Positions 13,470-26,257 of a DNA stretch of 64,000 nucleotides are shown one piece after another. The notes beneath the pieces were generated by a model. The model did no database searches. It was given only the letters and a program-made list of their open reading frames with translations, and was not told the origin of the DNA. Made by a program: the position numbers and the translations under genes. The stretch lies in the NCBI GenBank assembly GCA_038087875.1, contig CM075989.1:6138001-6202000 (forward strand), in the 5' to 3' direction. Position 1 is the first letter of the stretch. Each line of letters begins with the position of its first letter. This DNA comes from Malacoraja senta. Taxonomy: Eukaryota.

Positions 13470-13650
13470 TTACCCGTGTTAAATCGAAGTCAAAACAAAA
13501 CCAGATTATTTGATCAATGTCACAGTTGCTTTGGGAGTTTGTTGTGCATATATTGGCTTCCCAACTTGCAATGCTATCTAAGCCTTCAGAAAGTACCAAA
13601 GTGCTTTGGATCTCCTGAGGCAGTGAACATCTCCATATAAATACAAATCC
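13470..13650 (+). mobile_element. Degenerate Deu-domain SINE (SacSINE/AmnSINE-like) core and tail
   Basis: aaaccagattatttgatcaatgtcacagttgctttgggagtttgttgtgcatatattggct...gtgctttggatctcctgagg...atataaatacaa resembles the recalled DeuSINE consensus. Confidence 0.6.
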
Positions 13651-13669
13651 ACCCACGGAGCTAGTCTAT

Positions 13670-13985
13670 CTTTAGATTGTGGACATTAGAGATACAGCAT
13701 GGAAACAGGCCATTCGGCTCACCGAGTCCACACCGACCAGTGATCACCCCGTACACTAACAATATTCTACACACTAGGGACATTGTACAACTTACAGAAG
13801 CCAATAAACCTACACACCTGCACGTCTTTGGAGTGTGGGAGGAAACCGGAGTGAACAGAGAAAACCCATGCGGTCACGGGGAGAACGTACAAACTCCGTA
13901 CAGACAGCACCCATAGTCAGGATCGAACCAGGCTCTCTGGAGCTTTAAGGCAGCAACTCTACCGCTGCGCCACCGTGCCGCCCCA
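13670..13985 (-). mobile_element. HE1-type V-SINE; a sister copy lies at 14295-14600
   Basis: Complete head, V-domain and tail on -. Confidence 0.85.
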
Positions 13986-14854
13986 GGCATGGGCCAGGAA
14001 TTCTGAGGAATGTTATATTTCTTCAAAGAGACTTGAAGTATGCCCATGAATCTTTTTCTCTGTCCAACTTGCAATCTCTTCCTGTAACTGTGCTTAGATC
14101 AGAGTGTCTATTTTGGGAGTGTCATGCTGGGCATGCCAATAACACGGACTGCCCAATTTAGCCTGAACGCTAGGGTTGATAGCTGGATGAGGGCATTGAC
14201 ATCCTTCCAGTGACTCTGGAGAATATTGTAGAGACACAGTTAGTGACATTTTCCAGTGCCTGCTGAAGGTAGTCTGGATCTTAGAAGTATTTAGACTTAG
14301 ACTTTAATTTAGGATTTAGAGATACAGTGTGGAAACAGGCCCTTCGGCTCACCGAGTCCACGCCATCCAGTGATCACCCCGTACACTAGCGCTATCCTAC
14401 ACACTAGGGACAATTTACAATTTGCAGAAGCCAATAAACCTACAAACCTGCACGTCTGAGGAGTGTGGGAGGAAAACGAAGCACCCGGAGGAAACCCACA
14501 CGGTCGCGGGGAGAACGTGCGGACTCCGCACAGACAGCACCCATCGTTAGGATCGAACCTGGCTCTCTGACGCTGTAAAGCAGCAACTACATTGCTGCCC
14601 TTTGGGAAAGCAGGGATCGCTGTTGGCAGATACACCGTGGGTGAACTCTTGATCGTCAAATAACTATTAGCTGGCTCATCGAGGGAAGTGATGAATGTTA
14701 TCAACATCTGCCCTGTGAGCTTCCAGGATTGGGAACGTGCTCCACATTTCCAGCATCTCACCCCAAAGAGCAATAAAGCTGGTGTGGTGCAACAGAGGGA
14801 GCAGGGTGGAGTCTCTTTGTCTTGCATGTAGAATCGTAGAGTCATGGGGTCATA

Positions 14855-15742
14855 CTGCACTGAGCTTCGGAGCATCCCTCAGTACGTACTCCTGCAGTCT
14901 GGAGTGGGCCAGTTGGCCACATTTCCTGACGGACATCTCACTCTGCTGGGAGGCCAACAACATTCGGGCAGCCCAAAGAGCGTCTTTCACCGAGTTGGTG
15001 ATCTTCCAGCAGAACTCGATGCTTTCTTCGAATGTGTCCCTGGGAACAGTCCGTAAATCACAGAGTCCTCTGTTTTACAATCTGTTCGGGGTAAACCGTG
15101 ACTGGGACCCAAGTATTATTCTCCAGACTCTCTTTGCAAATCCACACTCTGCAAAGAGGTGGGCAACCGTCTCCTCTCCATAGCAGCCGTCCCGAGGGCA
15201 GCGTGCGCTGGCAGTGAGGTTCCGACGGTGCAGGTAGGATCTGACTGGGAGGGCTCCCCCCACCGCCAGCCAAGCCAGGTCTTGGTGCTTGTTGGTGAGT
15301 TCTGGCGATGAGGCATTTTGCCAGACAAGCTGGGCAGTCTGCTCTGGGAACCACGCCACAGGATCCATGGAGTCATTTCCCTGAAGTGCCTGCAGGACAT
15401 TCCGTGCTGACCACTGCCCGATGGACTTGTGGTCAAAGGTGTTGGTCTGGGAGAACCTTTCCACGAGGGACAGATGGTGCGGCAATGTCCAGCTGACTGG
15501 CACATTGCGTGGCATCTGCGCCAGGCCCATCCTTCGCAACACCGGGGACAGGTAGAACCTCAGCAGGTAGTGACACTTGGTGCCCACGTGCCTTGGCTTT
15601 ACGCTCCGCCTGATGCAGCCACACACGAAGGTGGCCATCAGGGTGAGGACGACGTTGGGCACGCTTTTACCCCCGTGGTCTGCTAACTTGTGCATTGTGG
15701 CCCGTTACACCCGGTCCATCCTCGACCCCCAGATGAAGGAGG
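14855..15742 (-). pseudogene. Tx1/L1-clade retrotransposon ORF2 C-terminal remnant (zf-RVT)
   Basis: ORF 15075-15695 contains GG...PN...QDLAWL...GALPV....L......CPR..C..EETVAHLF.EC.FAKRVW, the CCHC zf-RVT motif; frameshifted downstream. Confidence 0.85.
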
Positions 15743-15744
15743 CA

Positions 15745-16283
15745 TTTTTTAAATATTTCAAAATAGACTTTAGTCAAGTAAATAAATATATACTATACAG
15801 GAACCATACAAAATAATTCATTCGACATTCTCGGAGGCTATACATACTTTCAATACTGTTTACTCAAATCTCAATTTTACCCCACACCCTTGTCACTCAT
15901 GTGGCCTACTGGTATGAAATCCCTTCCCTTATTTTGAGGGGCGTCTCCAACACACCCTGCCCCCAATGTCCAGCAGAGGAAGGACCCTAGACTGTGGTCC
16001 TGCTCCACAGAGCCTTGACGTTGGCTGCACCGAGCTTCAGTGCGTCCCTCAGCATGTACTCCTGCAGTCTGCAGCGGGCCAGTCGGCAACATTCCCCGAC
16101 GGACATCTCGCTCTGCCGGGAGGTCAACAAAGCTCGGGCCGACCAAAGAGCGTCTTTCACTGAGTTGATGACCTTCCAGCAGCACTCGATGTCCGTCTCT
16201 GAATGCATCCCTGGGAACAGTCCGTAAATCACAGAGTCCTCTGTGAGGGAGCTGTTCGGAATAAACCGTGACAGGGACCCTGG
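15745..16283 (-). mobile_element. Second Tx1/L1 copy: ORF2 end, 3'UTR and A-rich tail
   Basis: EDSVIYGLFPG.HSETDIECCWKVINSVKDALWSAR is homologous to 14870-15100; T run at 15745. Confidence 0.85.
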
Positions 16284-17199
16284 CAAACCTCTCTCATACA
16301 TCTCACTGGATTCATCACTGGGGAGTGAACTGTGTTGTGCGTCTAGAAGGCCCACCCATGCATTGTGGCCCCTTCTCTCAGGTAGTGCGAATCCGACATC
16401 ACAGCCAAAACGTTATGGAATGTCCAGGGGAAAAAGAGATTAAACTCTCTTGTGGAAGGTTATTTGTGTGATGTGATTGTAATTTAATCACCTTAAATGT
16501 AATTCTGCAGCTCATTAAACGTACAACAGTTTGCACTCATTTACATTTATCCCCTGGATGGGATTCCAAGCCATTGCAATTATTTTGAGTGAATTGCTTA
16601 ATAAATGGCTAATTGCAGCCTTGTCCCAGACTGAACCAGGTCAGTAGTGAAATTAATAACATGTGTAATTGAAGAAAATTACACCCTTCATTGTCAAACA
16701 TTGTCTGCCTAAAACCTTAACCTTTCATCATTGTGATGCTGACGGAATGTAGTTATGCCAAGTGTCAGAGGCTGTTCTTCCTGCCCTTAGAGTCAGAGAG
16801 GCAAAACATTGTGCTAGACACTAAAAGCTGGAGCAACTCAGCGGGACAGGCAGCATCTCTGGAGCGAAGGAATGGGTGACGTTTCGGGTCGAGACCCTTC
16901 TTCCGTCAAAAACGGTGGCCCTTGCATGTGTAATGCAGTAAATGCAAAACGAATTTCACTCTGCAGTTGCATATGTATGATGAATGACGATTGACTAAAG
17001 GCGTAAACATGTGCAGCACAGGCACTCTCTTTGGCCATGTGGCACCAGACTCATTTGTCTATCTTTGCTCCACATTAAAACCCTTCGATTTATATACATG
17101 TCTAAATATCTATTAAAAGTCAAAATTGTATCAGCTTCTAAAGCTTCCTCTGGCTGCTCATTCAAGATATGGACTATCCTCTGGGTGAAAAAAACTCCT

Positions 17200-17600
17200 G
17201 GGTTTAGTTTATTTTACTGACACAGCACCGAAACAGGCCCTCCGGCCCACCGAGTCCTCACTGACCAGCGATCCCCGCACACTAACACCGCCCTACACAC
17301 ACTAGGGACAATTTCACATTAATACCAAGTCAATTAACCTACAAACCTGTACGTCTTTGGAGTGTGGGAGGAAACCGAAGATCTTGGTGAGAACCCACGT
17401 GGTCACGGGGAAACGTACAAACTCCGTACAGACAGCACCTGTAGTTGGGATCGAACCCGCGTCTCTGGTGCTGAAAGCGCTGTAAAGCAACAATTCTCTC
17501 CCAAAGCCTCTCCCGAAGACTGCGAGCTCTCGATCGTAAGTCCGCAGGCCGCAGTGGGAGCGATCCCAGGCAAGGGATCTGCTCCGCCACCATGCCGCCC
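17200..17600 (-). mobile_element. HE1-type V-SINE with a ~90-bp foreign GC-rich insert in its head
   Basis: SINE structure; 17505-17586 matches 18532-18595. Confidence 0.8.
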
Positions 17601-18146
17601 AATGGACCCTGATAAATTTCTCCCCACTCAAGTTATGGTAATGGCTGGGGTAATTTGGACACAAAATGCTGGAGTAACTCAGCAGGACAGGCAGCATCTC
17701 TGGATAGAAAGAATGAGTGCTGTTTCGGGTCGAGACCCTTCTTCAATCTGAGAGTCAAGGGAGAGGGAGACATAGAGATATGGAAGGGTAAGGTGTGAAA
17801 ACAAGAGATCAAAGGGGATGAATATATCAAGGAAAATGTAGAATGGATCATTGCTAGCTGAGGGGAAGGTGACAACGAGGAATACAATCAGTAAAATTTA
17901 ATCAGGAGGACAGAAACATTAGTCGGTGTCGGGGTAATTTTCTCTGGGAATGGCAGGGGTAATTTTTCTCGGGGGTTGAGGGTATTACAATGACTTTCAC
18001 TCCATCTCCAGTGTGTCATTTGGCTTCCTTCTGACTCCGACATAATGAGGTACTCTAGTCAGACCACCATGATGTCCTCCGTATCCCCTGGATTAGAGGG
18101 TATTGGCTGTTAGGAGAGGTACGACAAACTTGGATCTTTTCTCTGG

Positions 18147-18887
18147 AATCAGAATCACACTTTATTCGCCAAGTATGTTTTGCAACATACGAGGAATTTC
18201 ATTCGCCAGGTCAGTCATACAATTAAAAGCAACAGATCAGTCAAAAACACATTTTAACATGAACATCCACCACAGTGACTCCTCCACATTCCTCACTGTG
18301 ATGGAAGGCGAAATAAAGTTCAAGTCCTTTCCCTTAGTTCTTCCTCGGTCGTGGGCCTCGAGCCCCCGTTGATGGGACGACCCTGACTCCCGTAGCCGGC
18401 GGCGTTCGGGCCCTCCACGTCGAGGCGATCAGCTCCCGCATCGGGGGGATGTCAACCCCCCCCCCGCGCCAGGCGATCGAACCTCGCGTCGGGGCTGGTC
18501 GAACCTTCCGCGACGTTGGAGCTTCCCGACTAGCCTCTCCCGAAGACTGCGAGCTCTCGATCGTAAGTCCCAGGCAAGGCAAGGGATCCGCTCCGATGTT
18601 AAGTCCGCGCCCCGTGATAGGGCTCAAAGTCAGTCCGAGGAGGCCTCCAGCTCCAGCGATGGTAGGCCGCAGAGCCCGGAGAATGTGATCAGAAAAATTG
18701 ATCACATCTCCGGGAAGGTAGGAACTGGAAAAAAAACGTTTCCCCCGATCCCCTCCCCCCCCCCCCCCCTCCCCCACATAAAACAAACCGATGAACATTC
18801 AAACAAACTTTTAACACACTAAAAAAGAACAAAAATAATGGAAAAACGAACAGACTGCCGGCAGGGCGGCCATCTCCCAGGCGCCCC
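18147..18887 (-). mobile_element. GC-rich non-autonomous LINE derivative: LINE-like 5' start, Rex1-like 3'UTR and (ATTCTG)n tail
   Basis: On - it begins gggcgcctgggagatggccgcc and ends ..gcgaataaagtgtgattctgattc; related pieces at 52885-53230, 59880-59995 and 60735-61455; no RT ORF. Confidence 0.55.
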
Positions 18888-19142
18888 TGGAGCATCGGAG
18901 AGTGAGGGGAAAAGTGAATAAAGTTGATCAAATTATGAGCAGCATAGATAGGGTAGGCAGTCAGAATCCAGGCAGCATTCTGGTAAACCTCTGCTGCCCC
19001 CTCTACTTCGCTTCCATATCCTTCTAGTAATGGGGCAACCGTAACTGCATGCAATACTCTAAATGTGGCCTAACTGATGTTCTATAAACCTGAAACATGA
19101 CTTCCTGACCTTGTACCAAAGTCCCAACCCATGGGGGCAAAC

Positions 19143-19590
19143 CTAGAAACATAGAAGCATAGAAAATAGGTGCAGGAGTAGGCCATTCAGGCCTTCGAGC
19201 CAGCACTGCCATTCAATATGATTATGGCTGTTCATCCAAAATCAGTACCCCGTTCCTGCTTTCTCCCCATATCCCTTGATTCCGTTAGCCCTAAGAGCTA
19301 TATCTGACTCTCGAATACATCCAGTGAATTGACCTCCACTGTCTTCCGTGGCAGAGAATTCCACAGATTCACAACTCTCAGGATGAAAAAGGTTTTCCTC
19401 ATCTCATTCCTAAATGGTCTACCCCTTATTCTTAAACTGTGACCCCTGGTTCTGGACTCCCCCGACATCGGGGACATTTTTCCTGCATCTATCCTGCCCA
19501 ATCCCTTAAGATTCCCTGCAGTGCTTATATGTTTCTATAAGATATCCTCTCATCCTTCTAACTTCCAGTGAATATAAGCCCAGTTAATCC
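19143..19590 (-). mobile_element. CR1-clade LINE 3' fragment
   Basis: GESRTRGHSLRIRGRPF..EMRK.FF..RVVNLWNSLP; TTTCTATG tail. Confidence 0.88.
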
Positions 19591-21156
19591 ATTCTTTACA
19601 CACCATATGTCTTTTTTATCTGCTTGTGTCACTACATTGATGGAACTATGGACAGAGACCACAAGATCCTGCTGTACTTCAGTGTTGTTGAGGCTCCTGC
19701 CATTAACTGTACATTTTCCCTTTACATCTGACTTCCTAAACCACAACACCTCCCACTTGCCTGGAATGAGACTGTTGTTGGACATACTCAGCGTTGTATC
19801 TCTGTCGCCTTAGAGCAAATTAAACGGAGTGGGCAGCGTCAGGAAGAGGCAGTTTTCACCCTGAGAGAAAAAAGAAGGCTTTAGACTTTAGACATTAGAG
19901 ATACAGCACAGAAAAAAGGCCCTTCAGCCCATCGGGGCCTCGTCGACCAGCGATCCCCATACACTAACACACACTAGCGACTATTTACAATTTACAGAAG
20001 CCAATTAACCTACAAACCTGTACATCTTTGGAGCACCCAGAGAAAAGCCACAAGGGTCACGGGGAGAACGTACGAACTACGTGCAGACAACACCCGGAGT
20101 CGGGATTGAACCCGAGTCTCTAACACTGTAAGGCAGCAACTCTACCACTGCACCACCGTGCCACCGGAAGTTCCAGGAAGGAGCTGAAATGCGATGAAAA
20201 AGGAAAACCTGCTGTTAATGCCAAAACCGCATCTGTACATCAGTTTCAGGACGACCTAGGATTTGGCAAATTGCAAAACAAACATCTAAATCCTGAGTCC
20301 ATCACCACAGAGCCTGGTCTGGATTAGTTGTGTGTTACAGACTGGGTCAGGCATTGAAATGGCCGCATTACTGCCAAGTGATGGATCGATGCCTTTGTAT
20401 GAAATTCCTTTGGCATTTCGGTAAAGCCATTAACCTGTGTCAACCAAACTCATCCCCTGCTTCAGTAGAAGAGCAGGTGGAAACATCTCCCCTGCCTCCA
20501 AGTGGAATGAGGGGTTAATTGCCTATTAGACTTCATCCATCTGGTCCCCACACAACATCTGCATACTGAATGTCTTTTTGTTTTGTTTAGTTGAGGGATA
20601 CGGCACAAACACAGGCCTTTTGGCCCATCAAGACCATGCAAGTAAGCACATACAGTCTAGTGCAGAATGTAGCCAGTTGATTTGGTTTAGAGATACAGTC
20701 TGGAAACAGGACCTTCGGCCCACTGTGTCCATGCTGAGCATCGATCATTCTTTCGCATGAGTTCTATGTTGTCCCACTTTCTCCTCCACTCCCTACATAC
20801 TAGGGGCATTTTTTTTTACAGATCTACAAACCTGTACGTCTTTGGGATGTGGGAGGAAACCGGAGCATCCGGAGGAAACGCATGGGAGAACCCAGGAAGA
20901 ACGTCCAAACTCCACACAGACTGCACCCGAGGTCAGGATCGAACCCGGGTGTCCGGTGCTTTGAGGCAGCAGTTCCACCAGCTGTGCCAGTGCAGTGCCC
21001 TATCTTGTCTTCACTGGTCTATCCACAAGCTCTATTCCAGATGTAGAATTTCTTCCTGGTGTCAGGAATCAATTCACTCTTCACCGGGTTGAGCCTGTAA
21101 ACATTTTGTCTCCCAGTTCTGGGTTAGCTTAACTTATTAAGTCAGCTTCACCTTAA

Positions 21157-21370
21157 AGGGCCTGTCGCACTTGGCCGTCATTTGCGTGTAATTTACGCGA
21201 CATCATCTACGCGTCACAACGCACGACTCGCTCGTCTTGACACGCACGTGGTGCGCGATGCCATAGGCAGTAACGCGCTGCCGCGAGGGCCTAGCAGGAT
21301 CTTGTGATGTACAAAAGCTTCGCGCGCCATCTGCGTGACGCGCAAATGACGGCCAAGTGGGACAGGCCCT
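21157..21370. mobile_element. PIF/Harbinger-type MITE, family A
   Basis: TIRs AGGGCCTGTC(G/C)CACTTGGCCGTCATTTGCG; flanks TAA/TTA; CpG-rich interior. Confidence 0.8.
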
Positions 21371-21739
21371 TTACATTCCGCTCATCATGTGCAATTCTAT
21401 AATAAAACTTCCACCCGTATCTTCTTCTGAGGATAAAGTTCCACGGTTTTATTTTAATCTGCCCTCAGTCCTCATTTCATGGCATGGTTGTTGATGTAAT
21501 TAACTATCATCGCAGAACAGGGAATTATAGACTCGGAGAATGGCTGCAGCACTGAAGTAGGTCATTGCTGGCGCATTGTACAGCAATTCCATCAATTGCA
21601 TTCCCCACAGCTTTCTCCGGAGCCGACCTAATTGCATTTTGAAGGCAGTGATTAATTCTGTTCCGCCCACCGCTGCAGGTAGTGAGTCGCAGATCATAAC
21701 CCTCTGCTGCGCAAATTTGTGCTTTCTCGCACTCCCTTA

Positions 21740-22280
21740 AGGGCCTGTCCCACTTGGGCGACCTAATCCCGCGAGTTCTGGCGGGTTTGCCCTTGACTCA
21801 TACTCGCAGCATGGTCGACACGAGGTCCTAGGAGGTCTTTGTAACTCTCCTTCATGCTCGAGAGTGGTCTCCGCGTACTCGAGGCCTCAGCTAGGTCGCG
21901 GCGTTTTTTTCAATATGTTAAAAAATGCCCGCGAGTAAAAAAGTTCGCCATGGAAAAAATCGATACTTTTTTTCCTCGTAGGTTTAGTCATAGTAGGTCG
22001 ACATGTTAGTCGTAGGTAATCGAGGGTAGTCGAAGGTAGTCGTAGATAGTCTTCAACATGGTTGAAGGGAGGTCGAAGGGAGGTCGAAGGAGATCGAAGG
22101 AGGTCGTCTTCACTCTCCACTATTCGGTGTTCAATTTTCCCGAAGTTAGTTGTAGCTAGTCGTAGCTAGTCGAAGCTGGTCTTCAACATAATCGAAAGAG
22201 GTCGAAGGAGGTCTTCAACATGTCATTTTTTCAAACTCTTCTAAACTCGCCAATTAAGTTGCCCAAGTGGGACAGCCCCT
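21740..22280. mobile_element. PIF/Harbinger-type MITE, family B
   Basis: TIRs AGGG(C/G)CTGTCCCACTTGGGC; TTA TSD at 21737-39 / 22281-83; internal gtcg/cgtag repeats. Confidence 0.85.
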
Positions 22281-22557
22281 TTACACTTTTGCCAAAGTTT
22301 TTGTATCTGTCCCACGTTATTTCTTGAACCATTTGCTACTGTCTGTGCAAAGCTGTCACGATCTGGTCCTCCTCCATCAAATCTTCCTCGACCTCCTTTG
22401 CTCCAAGGAGAACAAACCCAACTTTAGACTTTAGACTTTAGAGATACAGCGTGGAAACAGGCCCTTCGGTCCAAAAAGTCCAACTCGCCACTGTGCCGCC
22501 CCTACACTTCTCCAGTCTAATCTTGCAACTGAAATCCCTTATCTGAGGAACCACCCT

Positions 22558-23230
22558 ATGGAACATAGAACAGTACAGCACAGGAAGAGGCCCTTTGGCC
22601 CACAATGGCTGTGCTGAACACGATGCCAAAACAAACTTTTATTGGACTGCACATAATCCATATCCCTCCATTGCCTGTATATCCATGTTGCTAACCAAAA
22701 GTCTCTCAAATGCCTCTATCATATCTGCCTCCACCACCATCCTTGGCAGCTCATTCCAGGCACTCACCACTCTCTGCATTCCCCTTCTTGTCTTAAAGCT
22801 ATTCCCTCTAGTATTTAATATTTCCATCCTGGGAAAAAGGTTCTGACTGTCTACTCTATCCATACCTCTCATAATGTTATATACTTCCATCAGGTCTCCT
22901 CCTCAATCTCATGCACTCCAGAGGAACCAATCCAAGTCTGTTCAACCTCATCCTGTAGCTAATGCTCTCTAATCCAGGCAGCAATGTGGTAAACCTCCTC
23001 CGCACCGTCTCCAAAGCCTTCAGTTATTGGGGTGACCAGAATGACATGCAATAAACAATAGACAATAGGTGCAGGAGTAGGCCATTCGGCCCTTCGAGCC
23101 AGCGCCGCCATGCAATGTGATCATGGCTGATCATCCCCAATCAGTACCCCGTTCCTGCCTTCTCCCCATATCCCCTGACTCCGCTATCTTTAAGCAATAT
23201 TCCAGATGTGGCCTAACCAAAGTCCTATAA
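22558..23230 (-). mobile_element. CR1 fragment with a second CR1 tail nested at ~23055-23192
   Basis: EVYNIMRGMDRVDSQNLFPR...QRVVSAWNELP; two different microsatellite tails. Confidence 0.8.
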
Positions 23231-23610
23231 GTCAAAGCACAGAAACAGGCCATTCAGTTGACCATGTCCAAGCCTACCATCAATTTCCCACCCATTAGAA
23301 GTCCGATAAGCCCAATTAGTCCCGACACCTTGGTGATTCAACCACACATCCAGACACTTCATGTCCTTCCTAAAATGTGGTGAAGCAGGTTCAAGTTAAC
23401 TGCCCTACTTTTTTTTACTCTAAGCCACTGTTTTTTGTTTTACTTTGGTTCCCTTAAATCAGTCACTTTCTCAATATGTACTGTAGTTATATACTTGATA
23501 GAATCAGGCCCTTCGGCCCAACTTGTCCATGCTGACCAAGTTGGCATTCTGGCCCGGTCCCATTTACCTGCATTTGGCCCATATCTCTCTAAACCCTGGC
23601 TTTCCATATA

Positions 23611-24027
23611 CAGGTCACCCACCCTGCAGATTTTCCAGCAACCGATGGTCCAGCACCTCCCTTAATCCAGAAAAAAATCACAAGAGCGCACTTGAAGCCT
23701 CCCCCGGAAATCTCCCAGAAAATGTGGCACCTAGGCCGGGCGAGGCAGCAGACCTCGACTTCATCGGGACTTCTGCGGCCGATCAGCGGGTCAAGTTTGC
23801 CGCCTGTGGCCGGAGCTCTGGAACACCGGCCACGATGGAGCCGGCAGATCCGTTCCCATATCCAGCTTCCGAGGCCGACTTCGCCGGCCGGTATCTCGAC
23901 CCCTCGGCGAACTGTTCTTGTACCGTTCATCTCCCTTTGGGAGGCCATGACCTCTGTTGGTTCAGCAAAACAGATAATCCAGAAAGGCGCTGGAACCAAG
24001 GGTGCTGGAAAATTGGTAGTGGACCTG
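23611..24027. mobile_element. Tc1/mariner (Tigger/pogo-like) MITE inserted in a CR1 tail
   Basis: TA|CAGGTC..attttccagca ... tgctggaaaat..GACCTG|TA; the host CR1 3'UTR resumes after 24029. Confidence 0.65.
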
Positions 24028-24489
24028 TATCTGACCAGAGTTTCTGCAGACCCTTGTACCTTGTACCTTCCGAAGAGTCCACCAGGGACTATACCGGAAG
24101 TTGGGCCATTTTTTTTAATACTGGACAGTTTTCACATTTATCAAGCCAATTAACCAAGCCAATTAACCTACAAACCTGCACATCTTTGGAATGTGGGAGG
24201 AAACCGAAGATAACGGAGAAAACCCACGCAGGACACGGGGAGAACGTAACTCCGTCCGTAGTCGGGATCGAACCCGGGTGCTGCATTTTATTGTAAGGCA
24301 GCAACTCTACCGCTGTGCCAGCGTGACTGCGGTGTTAGTGTCGTCAATCAATGTCAGTCAATGTATACGAAGGAACTGCAGATGCTGGTTTAAACCGAAG
24401 ATAGACACAAAATGCTGGAGTAACTCAGCGGGACAGACAGCATCTCTGGAGAGAGGGAATGGGCGACGTTTTGGGTCGAGACCCTTCTT

Positions 24490-25080
24490 CAATTCAATTC
24501 CTTTATTGTCATCTTGCAAGCAACAGTTGTGCAGTGCCAAAACGAAAAGACGTTTCCCAGGGAATACCGGAGCATCGCACATGACGTTTAAAACATTTCA
24601 CACATAATAATAACAACACTAAAACAATCCAGTCCCTGATGGAACAGTATAAGTTAAAATAGATACAAACAACGTTAAAATACAGTAAGACCAATCATAA
24701 ACATGTCCGGGGTGGCTGATTTGAGTGGCCAGTGCCAGTTATTGAAGTGGCCAGTGCCAGTTATTAAAGTGTCCGTGCCAAGCCGCAGAATCAGGTGACT
24801 GTGAGTACAGAGTGGCTGTTTAGCAGCCTCACAGCATATGGCAGGAAGCTGTTTAGCAGTCTTGTAGTCCGGGCTTTGATGCTGCGATATCTCTTGCCTG
24901 ATGGCAGGAGATCCAGGTGTATGTGGAGGGGGTGCAGTTTGTCCTTAGCAATTTTTTGAGCTTTTTTCCGACAGCGGCTCAGGAACAGTTCTTGTACCGA
25001 GGGTAGGGAGACGCCAATGATCTTCTCTGCTCCCCTCACTACCCTCTGCAGAGCCTTCCTGTCCGAGCAGTTGCAGCTGT
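24490..25080 (-). mobile_element. Rex1/Babar-like LINE 3' end
   Basis: AEKIIGVSLPS..ELF.SRC.KKA.KI.KD..HP.H....LLPSGKRYRSIKARTTRLLNSF.P.AVRLLN; AATTG-type tail. Confidence 0.85.
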
Positions 25081-25434
25081 TGATGTAAATTGTTTGTGCT
25101 TTCTGTGGACTGAATTAATCATGGAACATACATGGATCAATCAGACTACATTGGCTGTGAATAATTGCATTATTAATTTTGCTCTCAGCACTGTCGCATC
25201 CAGACGCGCAAAATTAAAATGCAAATGAGAAGGTTCAAATTAAATCCTGTTACATTCCATTAGCAAGCAGGGCGCACAAAAATAAGATAACGTATTATCT
25301 GCATAATTGCTTCATGGATCCAGAAAGAAAGTTTAAACGTTTATTGAGAAATCTCCATTAAGGATCTGAGCACAGTGCTTGTTGAAGATACTGCCAATTG
25401 GTTAGTATTATTGTCTCGAGATGCAGTGAAAAGC

Positions 25435-26257
25435 CGTATGTGTAGGAAGGAACTGCAGATCATGGTTTATATGGAAGCCAGACACATTCAATGTGTAGTA
25501 GCAGAAACATTATATTCTGTATAAGATTGACACAAAATGCTGGAGTAACTCAGCGGGACAGGCAGCATCTCTGGAGAGAAGGAATGAGCGACGTGGATAG
25601 GTGGAACAAGGCCACTGTCCCAAAATGTCACCCATCCCTTCTCTCCAGAGATGCTGCCTGTCCCGTTGAGTTACTCCAGCATTTTGTGTCAATCTTCAGA
25701 TTAAACCAGCATCTGCAGTTCCTTCCTACAATAAGACACATTATAAGAGCGCAGAAGGTTAAGGGGGGACTTGATAGAGGTCTTTAAAATGATGAGAGGG
25801 ATAGACAGAGTTGACGTGGATAAGCTTTTCCCACTGAGAGTAGGGAAGATTCAAACAAGGGGACATGACTTGAGAATTAAGGGACAGAAGTTTAGGGGTA
25901 ACATGAGGGGGAACTTCTTTACTCAGAGAGTGGTGGCTGTGTGGAATGAGCTTCCAGTGAAGGTGGTGGAGGCAGGTTCCTTTTTATCATTTAAAAATAA
26001 ATTGGATAGTTATATGGACGGGAAAGGAATGGAGGGTTATGGTCTGAGCGCAGGTATATGGGACTAGGGGAGAATACGTGTTCGGCACGGACTAGAAGCG
26101 TCGAGATGGCCTGTTTCCGTGCTGTAATTGTTATATGGTTATATGGTTATATGGTTATAGGTTGAAACAAGGGTTCTGACCCAAAACGTCACCCATTCCT
26201 TCTCTCCAGAGATGCTGCCTGACCCACAGAGTTACTCCAGCACTTTGTGCCTATCTT
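25435..26257. mobile_element. Composite of fold-back PLE-terminus elements with a CR1 insert (25763-26160, +)
   Basis: Flanked by cagtgaaaagc 25424-25434 / 26258-26268; CR1 ORF IEVFKMMRGIDRVD...FFTQRVVAVWNELP. Confidence 0.75.

Noticed and set aside
21990..22220. CRISPR-like or coding repeat array (gtcgaagg/gtcgtag)
   Set aside because: Irregular short internal repeats of a MITE, with no constant repeat-spacer period
23523..24296. 257-aa ORF
   Set aside because: Runs through a CR1 tail, a TA-flanked MITE and a SINE; a chance open frame
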